IMG/VR virus record: IMGVR_UViG_3300027640_000016
Location: 1 to 29,006 of that record
Origin: a virus
Lineage: Duplodnaviria; Caudoviricetes
Direction: 5' to 3' (one strand)
Length of the DNA stretch: 29,006 bases
Positions 1 through 8,137 of the stretch are shown in pieces. The number at the start of each line of letters is the position of its first letter. Positions within the stretch are counted from its first letter, which is position 1. The notes beneath the pieces are model-generated. The model searched no databases, was not told where the DNA came from, and was given only the letters and a program-made list of their open reading frames with translations. The position numbers and the translations under genes were made by a program.

Positions 1-270
1 GGAATCAAAGCAGGCTTGGGAATCAAAGCAGGCTGGGGAATCAAAGCAGGCTGGGGAATCGAAGCAGGCGAGGGAATCGAAGCAGGCGAGGGAATCAAAG
101 CAGGCTTGGGAATCAAAGCAGGCTTGGGAATCGAAGCAGGCGAGGGAATCGAAGCAGGCTGGGGAATCGAAGCAGGCGAGGGAATCGAAGCAGGCTGGGG
201 AATCGAAGCAGGCGAGGGAATCAAAGCAGGCGAGGGAATCGAAGCAGGCGAGGGAATCAAAGCAGGCGAG
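1..270 (+). repeat. 15 x 18-bp coding tandem repeat GGAATC(A/G)AAGCAGGC(TTG/TGG/GAG)
   Basis: Counted directly, units 1-18 through 253-270. Variation occurs only in codons 3 and 6. Confidence 0.97.
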
Positions 271-405
271 GATTACGGCATTTATGCTGGATTAAGGATA
301 AGGATATCATTAAAGAAAAGATACGCTATAGTCATTGCGCAAGAAAAACCAAATAACATAGTTTGTGGCGAGTATCAAAAGAAAGAAGAAGAAATAAATG
401 TATAA
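1..405 (+). CDS. 5'-truncated hexapeptide-repeat (GI[K/E]AG[L/W/E]) protein, probable beta-solenoid
   Basis: Frame +1 is open from base 1 to the stop at 405. It carries 15 GIxAGx repeats followed by a unique C-terminus (YGIYAG...PNNIVCGEY). The true start lies upstream of the window. Confidence 0.8.
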   Translation, partial: GIKAGLGIKAGWGIKAGWGIEAGEGIEAGEGIKAGLGIKAGLGIEAGEGIEAGWGIEAGEGIEAGWGIEAGEGIKAGEGIEAGEGIKAGEDYGIYAGLRIRISLKKRYAIVIAQEKPNNIVCGEYQKKEEEINV

Positions 406-619
406 CGGTATTACATGGGAACAATTCGACATCAAAGAAGTGACTCGGCAGGAAGCTGAAGATATCGTCAGCAAAAAGGAACCGATAGGACTTTTTGTAC
501 ATCACGAAACAGAGCTGTTTGTCAGCAAGTATGTTGGAATTGATAACAGCACTGGAGATGCACGAGTAAAGGTGCTTGATACAGAGGAAGATTGCATTAA
601 ATGGTTGGGAGGGTGGTGA
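398..619 (+). CDS. hypothetical phage protein (73 aa)
   Basis: ORF overlaps the stop of the upstream gene and fits the operon. Confidence 0.7.
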   Translation: MYNGITWEQFDIKEVTRQEAEDIVSKKEPIGLFVHHETELFVSKYVGIDNSTGDARVKVLDTEEDCIKWLGGW

Positions 620-624
620 GAGGG

Positions 625-804
625 ATGGAACCTAAGCACAGCAAAAGAGACTCAAGAGGAATGCTCTATGTTGCTTGCTCCGAATGTGAAAGAGGAGGGA
701 ACGGAGATCAATCATGTAGTTCAGGATGGCAAATAAAAAAAGGGGGCAAAAACGCTTGTTTTAGCGGGAACTTGTTGGGGAAGTATGAACTAAAAGAAAA
801 ATGA
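625..804 (+). CDS. small Cys-rich hypothetical protein
   Basis: ATG at 625 follows a G-rich RBS. Contains CSEC...C...C. Confidence 0.6.
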   Translation: MEPKHSKRDSRGMLYVACSECERGGNGDQSCSSGWQIKKGGKNACFSGNLLGKYELKEK

Positions 805-826
805 CCAGCTCCGACAAGCTGATCAT
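792..826 (-). terminator. minus-strand intrinsic terminator
   Basis: 10-bp stem 801-810/817-826 whose single mismatch is a G-U pair only on the minus strand, followed by TTTTCTTTT. Confidence 0.65.
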
Positions 827-856
827 AAAGGACTGCTATAACAAACTATCACCTAC

Positions 857-886
857 ATATTACCATAGCAATCCTAGTTAAATCAA
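857..886 (-). promoter_or_regulatory. antisense sigma-A-like promoter (TTGATT-18 bp-TAATAT, extended TG)
   Basis: Minus strand reads TTGATT (886-881) then TGG-TAATAT (865-857), pointing at the terminator 826-792. Confidence 0.5.
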
Positions 887-908
887 ATATTTAGCAGGAG
901 GGGAAAAA

Positions 909-2540
909 ATGCATATAAAACGCATTGAAATTAAAAACTGGTTAGGCATAAAAGAGTTAATCTTTAGCCCTGGCAAAATAAATCAAGTTTCAGGAGATTC
1001 AGGAACTGGAAAAACCTCGTTGGTAGAAGCTTTGGAGAAACTGTTCACGAATAAAAGCAGACGCACAGAGGTTATACGTCACGGAGAAGAAGAATCTGAA
1101 TTGTTCGTTGAATTAGATGACGGATTGCAAACTACTAGAAAAGTAAGAAATGAAAAAGCTGACTATCTAAAGGTCAAACATGATTCAAAATCAGTTGACA
1201 GTACTGAAGCTTTTCTTAGAAAACTAATCAACGGAGATATATTCAGACCAATTGAGTTTGTTCAGAAAAAATCTGATGAGCAGACAGAAATTATCCTAAA
1301 CATGCTTGATATCGCTTGGACAGTGGAAAATATTAAAAGTTGGTTTGATGAAGTGCCAGAGGCTGATTATCAAATGCATATACTACAAATTTTAAAGCAG
1401 ATTGAGACTTTCTACTACAAGGAAAGGGAAAGTATCAACCGTGAAATCAACCTCTTAAGAGCCAATATTGAGGGCATTAAGAGAGATTTACCCCCGAACT
1501 ACGATGGTGAAGAGTGGAAGAATGCAAACCTTCAATCACTTTACAAAAAGCTATCAGATGCAGAAGAAGCCAACAAACGATTAGATGAAGCTGAGAAACT
1601 TATGGAAAGTTTGAACATTCGCATTGACGATATCAAGCAACGATCAATCAATGCTACTGAATCTAAAAAGCTGGAGTATAGTCGGCAACGTGACATGCTA
1701 AACGGAGCTATCAAGCGGTTAGATGAAAACATTTTAGCTGAACAGGCGAAAGTTGATGATGTCGGAATTAGAATCCAACAATCCAATATTCAATTAGATA
1801 ACGAGTTAGAACAGGCTATTGAACGATTAAAGATGCAATACCAAGCTAAAAAGCAAACGGCTAAGGAAACTATTCAGCAGGAGGGTGAACAATCTAGCGT
1901 ATTTATTAGTGAATTTAAAGAGCAACTTGCTGAGAAGAAAAACAGCCTATCGAATATCGGGGAACATGAGAAAAAAGATTTGAAAAAAATCGCAGATCAT
2001 GAAGCCTCGTTAATTAAGTTAGAAAATGAGAAATCAGGTAACGCTCAAGCGGTTATTAATGAATCTGAGAAAATTGATGTTGAACCGTTAAAATTAGAGG
2101 CTGACAAAGCTGCAGAAATGAAGGAATACCTCAGAGAATGGGAACGCATGAATGACATCATCAGAGAGAAGCTGTCCCCGAAAGAAGAGAGATCAGCAGG
2201 GCTTACAGCTAAAATTCAGAAAGCCAGAGAGTTACCAAAGGAATTACTTAAGACTGCTGCTTTACCAGTAGAAGGATTAGAAGTAGATGAAAAAGGAAGA
2301 ATCCGAATAAACGGAACGTTAATAGACGGTTTGAGTGAAGGAGAAAGCTTCGAGTTTGCTTTTAAACTAGCCAAAGCTCAGGCAGGGGAACTAAAAGTAA
2401 TTTGTATTGACGGCTGGCAAAACCTTGGCAGCAAACAACAAAGGATTATGGAGAACGCAATGAATGACGAGTATCAGTATTTTATTCTCGAAACTATAGA
2501 TGGCAAAGATTTAGATTTAAAAATCTTAGAGGGGGCTTAA
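909..2540 (+). CDS. SMC/SbcC/RecN-like ABC-type ATPase with long coiled coil
   Basis: N-terminal IKRIEIKNW, Walker A GDSGTGKT, central coiled coil, signature LSEGE, Walker B-like VICIDG. RBS GGAGG. Confidence 0.85.
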   Translation: MHIKRIEIKNWLGIKELIFSPGKINQVSGDSGTGKTSLVEALEKLFTNKSRRTEVIRHGEEESELFVELDDGLQTTRKVRNEKADYLKVKHDSKSVDSTEAFLRKLINGDIFRPIEFVQKKSDEQTEIILNMLDIAWTVENIKSWFDEVPEADYQMHILQILKQIETFYYKERESINREINLLRANIEGIKRDLPPNYDGEEWKNANLQSLYKKLSDAEEANKRLDEAEKLMESLNIRIDDIKQRSINATESKKLEYSRQRDMLNGAIKRLDENILAEQAKVDDVGIRIQQSNIQLDNELEQAIERLKMQYQAKKQTAKETIQQEGEQSSVFISEFKEQLAEKKNSLSNIGEHEKKDLKKIADHEASLIKLENEKSGNAQAVINESEKIDVEPLKLEADKAAEMKEYLREWERMNDIIREKLSPKEERSAGLTAKIQKARELPKELLKTAALPVEGLEVDEKGRIRINGTLIDGLSEGESFEFAFKLAKAQAGELKVICIDGWQNLGSKQQRIMENAMNDEYQYFILETIDGKDLDLKILEGA

Positions 2541-2544
2541 GTAG

Positions 2545-3381
2545 ATGTCAAACATAGTTAAAGCAAGCCAAATGGGGGCTTATCTAAGTAATGCTAACGT
2601 AAAAAATTACCTTGAAAATATTTTAAAAGAACGAGCGGGAAACTTTATTTCTAGTATGGCATCAATCGCGAGCATGAATCCTACGTTACAGGATTGTACT
2701 GCTAAAAGCTTGATGATGTGCGGATTAAAAGCAGCGAGCATGGACTTACCTATTGACCCTAATCTCGGATATGCCTATCCAGTTCCTTATAAAAACAAAG
2801 GTGTATTAGAAGCGCAGTTTCAGATGGGGTATAGAGGTTATGTCCAATTAGCAATGAGGACTGGTCAATATCGCAAATTAATCGTTACCGATATCCGAGA
2901 AGGTGAAATATTAGAGATTGACCACATCACGGAAACATACAAATTTAAGGCTAATCTTGATGAGTATTCAAGAGAGAAATCAGCAATTACTGGATACTAC
3001 ACCATGTTTGAACTGATTAATGGGTTCAGGAAAGAACTTTATTGGCCTATTGAAAAGATACTAGCTCATGGTCAGCGCTATAGCAAAACCTATAGTTATG
3101 ACTCGAGTAGATGGAAAACAGACCAGGATAGCATGGCTAGGAAGACTTTGCTAAGACAAATCATCTCCAAGTGGGGTCCGATGTCAATTGAAATGCAGGA
3201 AGCTTATAAAGCTGATATGAGCGTTATCAGATACAACGAACAATCCGGAATAGAGGAAGTTGAGTATCCGGATAATGCTGGGGAAGTTGAAAACACAGAT
3301 CCAGTTCAGGATTCGCCTTTGAATGAGAATAAAAGTGATCAAGAATCACTCGACCTAGATGGTGGTCATAATGAATCTTAA
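2545..3381 (+). CDS. recT: RecT-family single-strand annealing recombinase
   Basis: Motifs DPNLGYAYPVPY, AQFQMGYRGYVQLAMRTGQY and W..D.DSMARKT.LRQ. Confidence 0.92.
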   Translation: MSNIVKASQMGAYLSNANVKNYLENILKERAGNFISSMASIASMNPTLQDCTAKSLMMCGLKAASMDLPIDPNLGYAYPVPYKNKGVLEAQFQMGYRGYVQLAMRTGQYRKLIVTDIREGEILEIDHITETYKFKANLDEYSREKSAITGYYTMFELINGFRKELYWPIEKILAHGQRYSKTYSYDSSRWKTDQDSMARKTLLRQIISKWGPMSIEMQEAYKADMSVIRYNEQSGIEEVEYPDNAGEVENTDPVQDSPLNENKSDQESLDLDGGHNES

Positions 3382-4183
3382 ACAAGAAAATTATTTTTCA
3401 CTAGAAGCAAATCTTAAATACATGTCAGTAAGTCAATTTAAAAGCTTCGTACCTGCTTATGGCGGGTGCGAAGCAAAGGCTGTTGCCGTGATAAAAGGCG
3501 AATATGAAGAACCTCCAAAAACAGCGTTTTTAGAGGGACATTACGTACACGCATGGAACAGTAACGAACTCGAAGAGTTCAAAGCCAACAATCCTGATTT
3601 ATACAGCGGTAGAGGTGCTACAGCCGGACAGCTAAAATCTAACTTCCAACATTGTAATAAGATGATTGAAGTGCTAGAAGGTGACTTGAAAGTATTACTA
3701 GCCTTATCGGGGCAAAAAGAAGTAATTATGGCAGCTGAGTTGTTCGGAATACCTTGGAAAATCATGATTGACAGCTATAATCCTGACCTTGGCATATTTA
3801 CAGATCTAAAAGCATTAAAAGATATGGACGGCAAGTTTTGGAACAGGGAAGCTTCGGTTTATGAGAACTTCTTAGAGCACTACGGCTACATAATCCAGAT
3901 GGCGGTATATGCCGAGGTAGAGCGCCTAGCGAAGGGTAGGGATAAATGGCTAATACCTCATATGGTTATTGTGACTAAACAAGACCCTCCAGATCACGAG
4001 ATAATCTATTTCGACGATGAAGCAATAATGCAGTCATTAAATATAGTCAGGAACCACATTGAACGTATCAAACAAGTTAAAAGCGGACAAACTCAGCCGA
4101 TTAGGTGCGAAAAATGCGCTTATTGCAGAGAAACAAAGAAGATTACTAGAATCAAGCATTACAGCGAGTTTTCACTTTACTAA
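3371..4183 (+). CDS. PD-(D/E)XK exonuclease (DUF3799 / exonuclease VIII-like), RecT partner
   Basis: NYFS.EAN..YMSVSQFKSF, KIMID, DLK, Y..QMAVY and C-terminal C..C..C. Adjacent to recT. Start moved to ATG 3371. Confidence 0.85.
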   Translation: MNLKQENYFSLEANLKYMSVSQFKSFVPAYGGCEAKAVAVIKGEYEEPPKTAFLEGHYVHAWNSNELEEFKANNPDLYSGRGATAGQLKSNFQHCNKMIEVLEGDLKVLLALSGQKEVIMAAELFGIPWKIMIDSYNPDLGIFTDLKALKDMDGKFWNREASVYENFLEHYGYIIQMAVYAEVERLAKGRDKWLIPHMVIVTKQDPPDHEIIYFDDEAIMQSLNIVRNHIERIKQVKSGQTQPIRCEKCAYCRETKKITRIKHYSEFSLY

Positions 4184-4201
4184 GTATTGGAGGGGGATAT
4201 A

Positions 4202-4633
4202 GTGGGGAATCCAGTACCAAAACCACAATTTAAACCAAAAGCAAAGAAAAATAAAAAGAGCAAACGCAGCCCTGCTGCAAAGAGAAACGATTTTCCTCCC
4301 GGCGTTAGAAGGAGGAAAAAGGTTGATTCGCAAGGCGTTTGCGAGCTTTGCAATAACGCCAGAATCGAAGAACTACATCACGTTAAAAGAAGAAATCCCG
4401 GCAGGGGCGTTTACTCAAATGCAATCTATCTATGTTGGCATTGCCACAATGAAATTGTCCATAAAGACAGGCATGTAGAGGACGGTTTGAGGGACAAATA
4501 TGAATTTAACCATGGCCGATATTATTACATGGATAAAAAGGATATTGAAACGCTTTGGAGATTTAGGAAAGAGATTGACTTTGAATCTATTAAGCTATGG
4601 GAAAAAGTTAATAGACAAAAAGTAGATTTGTAG
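4202..4633 (+). CDS. HNH endonuclease
   Basis: CELC...ELHH...N..YLCWHCH. GTG start after GGAGGGGG. Confidence 0.8.
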   Translation: MGNPVPKPQFKPKAKKNKKSKRSPAAKRNDFPPGVRRRKKVDSQGVCELCNNARIEELHHVKRRNPGRGVYSNAIYLCWHCHNEIVHKDRHVEDGLRDKYEFNHGRYYYMDKKDIETLWRFRKEIDFESIKLWEKVNRQKVDL

Positions 4634-4645
4634 GAGGTGCTAGCT

Positions 4646-5476
4646 TTGAGCGACAAAACAAAAATAGATTGGGCTGACGCAACTGTTATGCGGAGAAATT
4701 TGCTGAACGTTTCAAAGGGACGCTGGGACATTATTTTTGAAAATGGCTTTGATGTAACTTTTAGACCGGACAAGTTGGATCAACCGTTGAAGTGGAAGCG
4801 TCCAAGAAAAATATTTGTTAATTCGATGAGCGACTTATTCCATGAAGATGTACCAGATAAGTTTATATCTCAAGTTTGGGAAGTGATGGCCGGAACGCCA
4901 CAACATATATATCAAATATTAACAAAGCGACCTGAGCGTATGCTTAAGTGGGTTAAATCATTTGGAACTTATTCAACCGCTATTAAAGGAAATCTGCCAG
5001 CATTGAAAAATGTTTGGCTCGGTGCCAGTGTAGAAAATCAACAAACCGCAGATGAACGGATACCACTCTTGTTACAGACGCCAGCAGCAGTTAGATTTTT
5101 AAGTATGGAGCCATTGTTAGGCGATGTTGATCTAGAAAGCTATTTAACAGTCGGAAAAGATGATGGCAGAGACATGCGAAAGGGAATTGACTGGATAATA
5201 GTCGGCGGTGAATCAGGACCAAAAGCACGACCAATGCATCCTGATTGGGTGAGGAATATTCGAGATCAAGCGGTAAATGCAGGAGTTCCGTTTTTCTTTA
5301 AACAATGGGGCGAATGGGCACCTCAAGAAGAATGGCTCAAAAACGAAACAAATCCCGATGCTGAGCGAAAATGGGTAAGAACTGACGGGCTACGCATGTA
5401 CCATGTCGGCAAAAAGATATCAGGACGCCGGTTGGATGGCAGGGAGTGGAATGAGTTTCCGGAGGTGGGAGGATGA
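4646..5476 (+). CDS. DUF5131 (phage Gp37/Gp68) family protein, N-terminal Cys motif deleted
   Basis: TKIDWADAT, IFVNSMSDLFHE, QILTKRPER, NVWLGASVE, RFLSMEPLLG, WIIVGGESG, PFFFKQWG. The usual WNP..GC...GC..CYA segment is missing. Confidence 0.88.
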   Translation: MSDKTKIDWADATVMRRNLLNVSKGRWDIIFENGFDVTFRPDKLDQPLKWKRPRKIFVNSMSDLFHEDVPDKFISQVWEVMAGTPQHIYQILTKRPERMLKWVKSFGTYSTAIKGNLPALKNVWLGASVENQQTADERIPLLLQTPAAVRFLSMEPLLGDVDLESYLTVGKDDGRDMRKGIDWIIVGGESGPKARPMHPDWVRNIRDQAVNAGVPFFFKQWGEWAPQEEWLKNETNPDAERKWVRTDGLRMYHVGKKISGRRLDGREWNEFPEVGG

Positions 5477-5622
5477 AGCAGGGAAAAAGACTAACACGCA
5501 AACAGAAGATAGTTTTAAAAGATAATGGATTAAATCCGGATAATTGGCTAGCTATCAAGAATCTACCCCAAGTATTACATGTAGTCAATAAAGAATCCGG
5601 AAAGGCAGAGAATCGTCCTTAA
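5473..5622 (+). CDS. small phage protein, DUF6906-like (49 aa; not in ORF track)
   Basis: MKQGKRLTRKQKIVLKDNGLNPDNWLAIKNLPQVLHVVNKESGKAENRP. ATGA overlap with the upstream stop and a GGAGG RBS. Confidence 0.75.
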   Translation: MKQGKRLTRKQKIVLKDNGLNPDNWLAIKNLPQVLHVVNKESGKAENRP

Positions 5623-5635
5623 GGAGGGGTAGAAA

Positions 5636-6271
5636 TTGAAAATCACATTTAACATAGTTAAGTTCCTGTTGTTAATAGTGTTGATCGGCGCGACATTTAT
5701 CGTCGCCTACAACGAGGCAGTCGAAGCGAATGATGTTTATAACGAGAACGTCGAATCGCAAAATACGTTACTTAAAGGGCGTATAGCGTTGCTCGAAGCC
5801 CGAATAGCGTTACTGGAAGAAGAAGTCGCGTTAAGTGACCAGCAGATTTTATTATTGAAAGAGTTGCTAGAGTCGAAGGATTCAGAGATTGATAGTTTGC
5901 TAGGATTCGCAAGAAGCACGACTGACTATCAGGACTTGGTGCGCATTGTAGAAGCCGAAGCGGGCGGAGAAAGCCTAGAGGGCAAACTCCAAGTAGCGTC
6001 AGTAGTATTAAACCGGGTAGGAAGCTTTGCCGGAACAGTGCATGATGTAATCTATCAACCTCAGCAGTTCTCTCCAATTGCGGATGGTAGATTTAATAGA
6101 GTTAAAGTCAGCGAGGATTCATTAACTGCAACAGAGCAGATAATCCGGAGTGGTAGTATTACAAACGCCTTGTATTTTATGAATCCTGACTTTTCCGTGG
6201 ATGCTAGCCGGGACTGGATGAGAAGCTTAACTTATGTTGACACAGTTGGAAACCACGAATTTTATCGTTAA
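5636..6271 (+). CDS. SleB/CwlJ-like cell wall hydrolase (Hydrolase_2) with N-terminal signal/anchor and coiled coil
   Basis: LVRIVEAEAGGE..EGK..VASVVLNRV, VIYQPQQFS, ALYF.NP, VGNHEFY. Hydrophobic N-terminus. Confidence 0.88.
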   Translation: MKITFNIVKFLLLIVLIGATFIVAYNEAVEANDVYNENVESQNTLLKGRIALLEARIALLEEEVALSDQQILLLKELLESKDSEIDSLLGFARSTTDYQDLVRIVEAEAGGESLEGKLQVASVVLNRVGSFAGTVHDVIYQPQQFSPIADGRFNRVKVSEDSLTATEQIIRSGSITNALYFMNPDFSVDASRDWMRSLTYVDTVGNHEFYR

Positions 6272-6310
6272 AAGTTTAGTAGATTAATAGGGATTAAGGG
6301 TGGATGACTT

Positions 6311-7033
6311 ATGCCTAATCGAATCATCAAGGAAAGCATATGTACGAGCGACAATATCGAAAACCTAACATTAGAAGAAGAAGTATTCTTCTATCGTCTT
6401 ATCGTCAATTGTGACGACTTCGGGAGAGCAGACGCAAGATCGCAAATTCTAAGAGCGAAGTGTTTTCCTTTGAGAACTGACAAAATTAAAAATTCGGATA
6501 TAGATAAATGGCTTAAAAAACTCGACAAAGAAGGATTAATTATTCTCTATGAAGTTGATGAAAAGCCTTATCTACAAATGTCTACTTGGGACAAACACCA
6601 GCAAATACGTGCAAAGCGGAGTAAATTTCCTGCACCTGATTTGAACTTGATATCAGATGATATCAGCGGGAATCATTCGCAAGAAAATGTCCCCGTAATC
6701 CAATCCAATCCAATCCAATCTGAATCCGAATACGAATCCAAAAACATATATGCTGAATTCGTTCGTTTGAAAGATGAGGAATATAAAAAATTAGTTGATC
6801 AGCTTGGGGAAAATGGAACTCAAGACATGATAGAAAAACTGAACAACTACATAGGGTCTAAAGGCAAAAAATACAAGTCTCACTATCACACCATCTTGAA
6901 TTGGGTTAATCGTGAGAAAAAAGAACAACCAGCAAAAGGGAGGAGACACTTAAATGCAACCAATTGGGACGAATATAAAGGCGATACTTCAAACCAGATT
7001 CCAAAAGATTGGGATAGCCCCGATGACGGGTGA
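6311..7033 (+). CDS. phage replication initiator (replisome organizer)
   Basis: MPNRIIKESI...FYRLIVNCDDFGR N-terminus and C-terminal YKSHYHTILNW. Directly upstream of a DnaC-like loader. Confidence 0.8.
   Translation: MPNRIIKESICTSDNIENLTLEEEVFFYRLIVNCDDFGRADARSQILRAKCFPLRTDKIKNSDIDKWLKKLDKEGLIILYEVDEKPYLQMSTWDKHQQIRAKRSKFPAPDLNLISDDISGNHSQENVPVIQSNPIQSESEYESKNIYAEFVRLKDEEYKKLVDQLGENGTQDMIEKLNNYIGSKGKKYKSHYHTILNWVNREKKEQPAKGRRHLNATNWDEYKGDTSNQIPKDWDSPDDG
6648..6739. repeat. candidate replication origin repeats inside the initiator gene
   Basis: TGATATCAG x2 (6648-6666), tandem AATCC repeats (6697-6720) and GAATCC/GAATAC repeats in the central linker, where lambdoid-type origins lie. Confidence 0.45.
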
Positions 7034-7700
7034 GGAAATTGCGAAGTTAAAAGCTGAAATTGAAGCCGAAGACAAGCGATTAGCGGAAGAGGCGAGGTCG
7101 GCTTATGTGAAAAGAAAACAAGAGAAAATTAAACAATTATTCGATGACAAAAGTCTTATCAACAAGGATTTGCAGAAAGCTAATTTTGATAACTACAAGC
7201 CCACCAACGAGGGGTTGCAAACAGCATTAACGTTGGCTCAAAGATATGCGTCTATTTTTAACCTAGACAAGCCTATCAATCTATTACTTTACGGCAGTTA
7301 CGGGACTGGGAAAAGTCATTTGTCTGTAGCGATCACTAAAGAGCTTATGCAAAAAGGACTTACTTGTATTTTTGTATCAATGCCAAAGCTGTTAACGAAG
7401 ATCAAAACTACCTACAACAAGAAGAGCGAGCAAACTGAATCAGACTTGATGGACTACATAGAAAGTGTGGACTTGTTAGTCCTTGATGATATTGGGGCTG
7501 AAAAGGATAACGAATGGGCGCTTAGTAAGCTGTTTGAAATAATTGACGGCAGAATTGGCAAGCATACCGTTTTTACAACGAATTTCGCTACAGAGGATTT
7601 GAGAAGCAGAATTGGGGAGCGAAACTTTTCGAGGGTGATGCAAAATACTCACGAAGTAAAAATGGTCGGTCAAGATTACCGATTGAAGGGAGAGAAATAG
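6954..7700 (+). CDS. DnaC/IstB-like ATPase (helicase loader)
   Basis: ANFDNY, Walker A GSYGTGKS, Walker B LLVLDDIGAE, TVFTTN, R..SR, G.DYR. Confidence 0.92.
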   Translation: MQPIGTNIKAILQTRFQKIGIAPMTGEEIAKLKAEIEAEDKRLAEEARSAYVKRKQEKIKQLFDDKSLINKDLQKANFDNYKPTNEGLQTALTLAQRYASIFNLDKPINLLLYGSYGTGKSHLSVAITKELMQKGLTCIFVSMPKLLTKIKTTYNKKSEQTESDLMDYIESVDLLVLDDIGAEKDNEWALSKLFEIIDGRIGKHTVFTTNFATEDLRSRIGERNFSRVMQNTHEVKMVGQDYRLKGEK

Positions 7701-7701
7701 C

Positions 7702-7974
7702 ATGAGCAGAGAATCTTACGAACTAACAGAAAAACCTTATATCGCCTGTATTAATCTCAACTTCGACTGGATCAAAAGCGAAATATCCGAAGTCAAAACT
7801 ATGTGGGAACAAGGATTCTCGGTTTGGGATATTGCCCAAGCGATAGCCAGAGATCCGGATGAGGTAACGATATTGATTATTGACTTAGCCCGGAAAGGAC
7901 GAGTTAAACCGCGTTCCGGCGGAGCTTACGGAAGGGGTGTTCAGGGTGGCAGAGTTGCAGAAAAAGCAAATTAG
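7702..7974 (+). CDS. helix-turn-helix protein
   Basis: MWEQGFSVWDIAQAIARDPDEVTILIIDLA HTH-like segment. Confidence 0.7.
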   Translation: MSRESYELTEKPYIACINLNFDWIKSEISEVKTMWEQGFSVWDIAQAIARDPDEVTILIIDLARKGRVKPRSGGAYGRGVQGGRVAEKAN

Positions 7975-8137
7975 AATCCAGATCAGCAATCTCACAGAAA
8001 AGCACTGTCAATTATGCGCTGTTATAACTCAAAAAAGAAAAATCATGAGCGATAACGACGCTTTTAAATTCTGCGTAGAAGATTGTGAGAATGGGATTGA
8101 GATTAGAAAACTTGGTCGGGTGTTAGAAAATGTTTAG
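7937..8137 (+). CDS. small zinc-finger protein
   Basis: HCQLC...FCVEDC..G.EIRKLG pattern. Exact start uncertain. Confidence 0.65.
   Translation: MFRVAELQKKQIRIQISNLTEKHCQLCAVITQKRKIMSDNDAFKFCVEDCENGIEIRKLGRVLENV

Noticed and set aside
1-270. Possible CRISPR array or DGR-like variable repeat
   Set aside because: The units are contiguous 18-mers with no unique spacers and keep a coding frame. No cas or reverse transcriptase gene is in the window, and variation is not adenine-specific.
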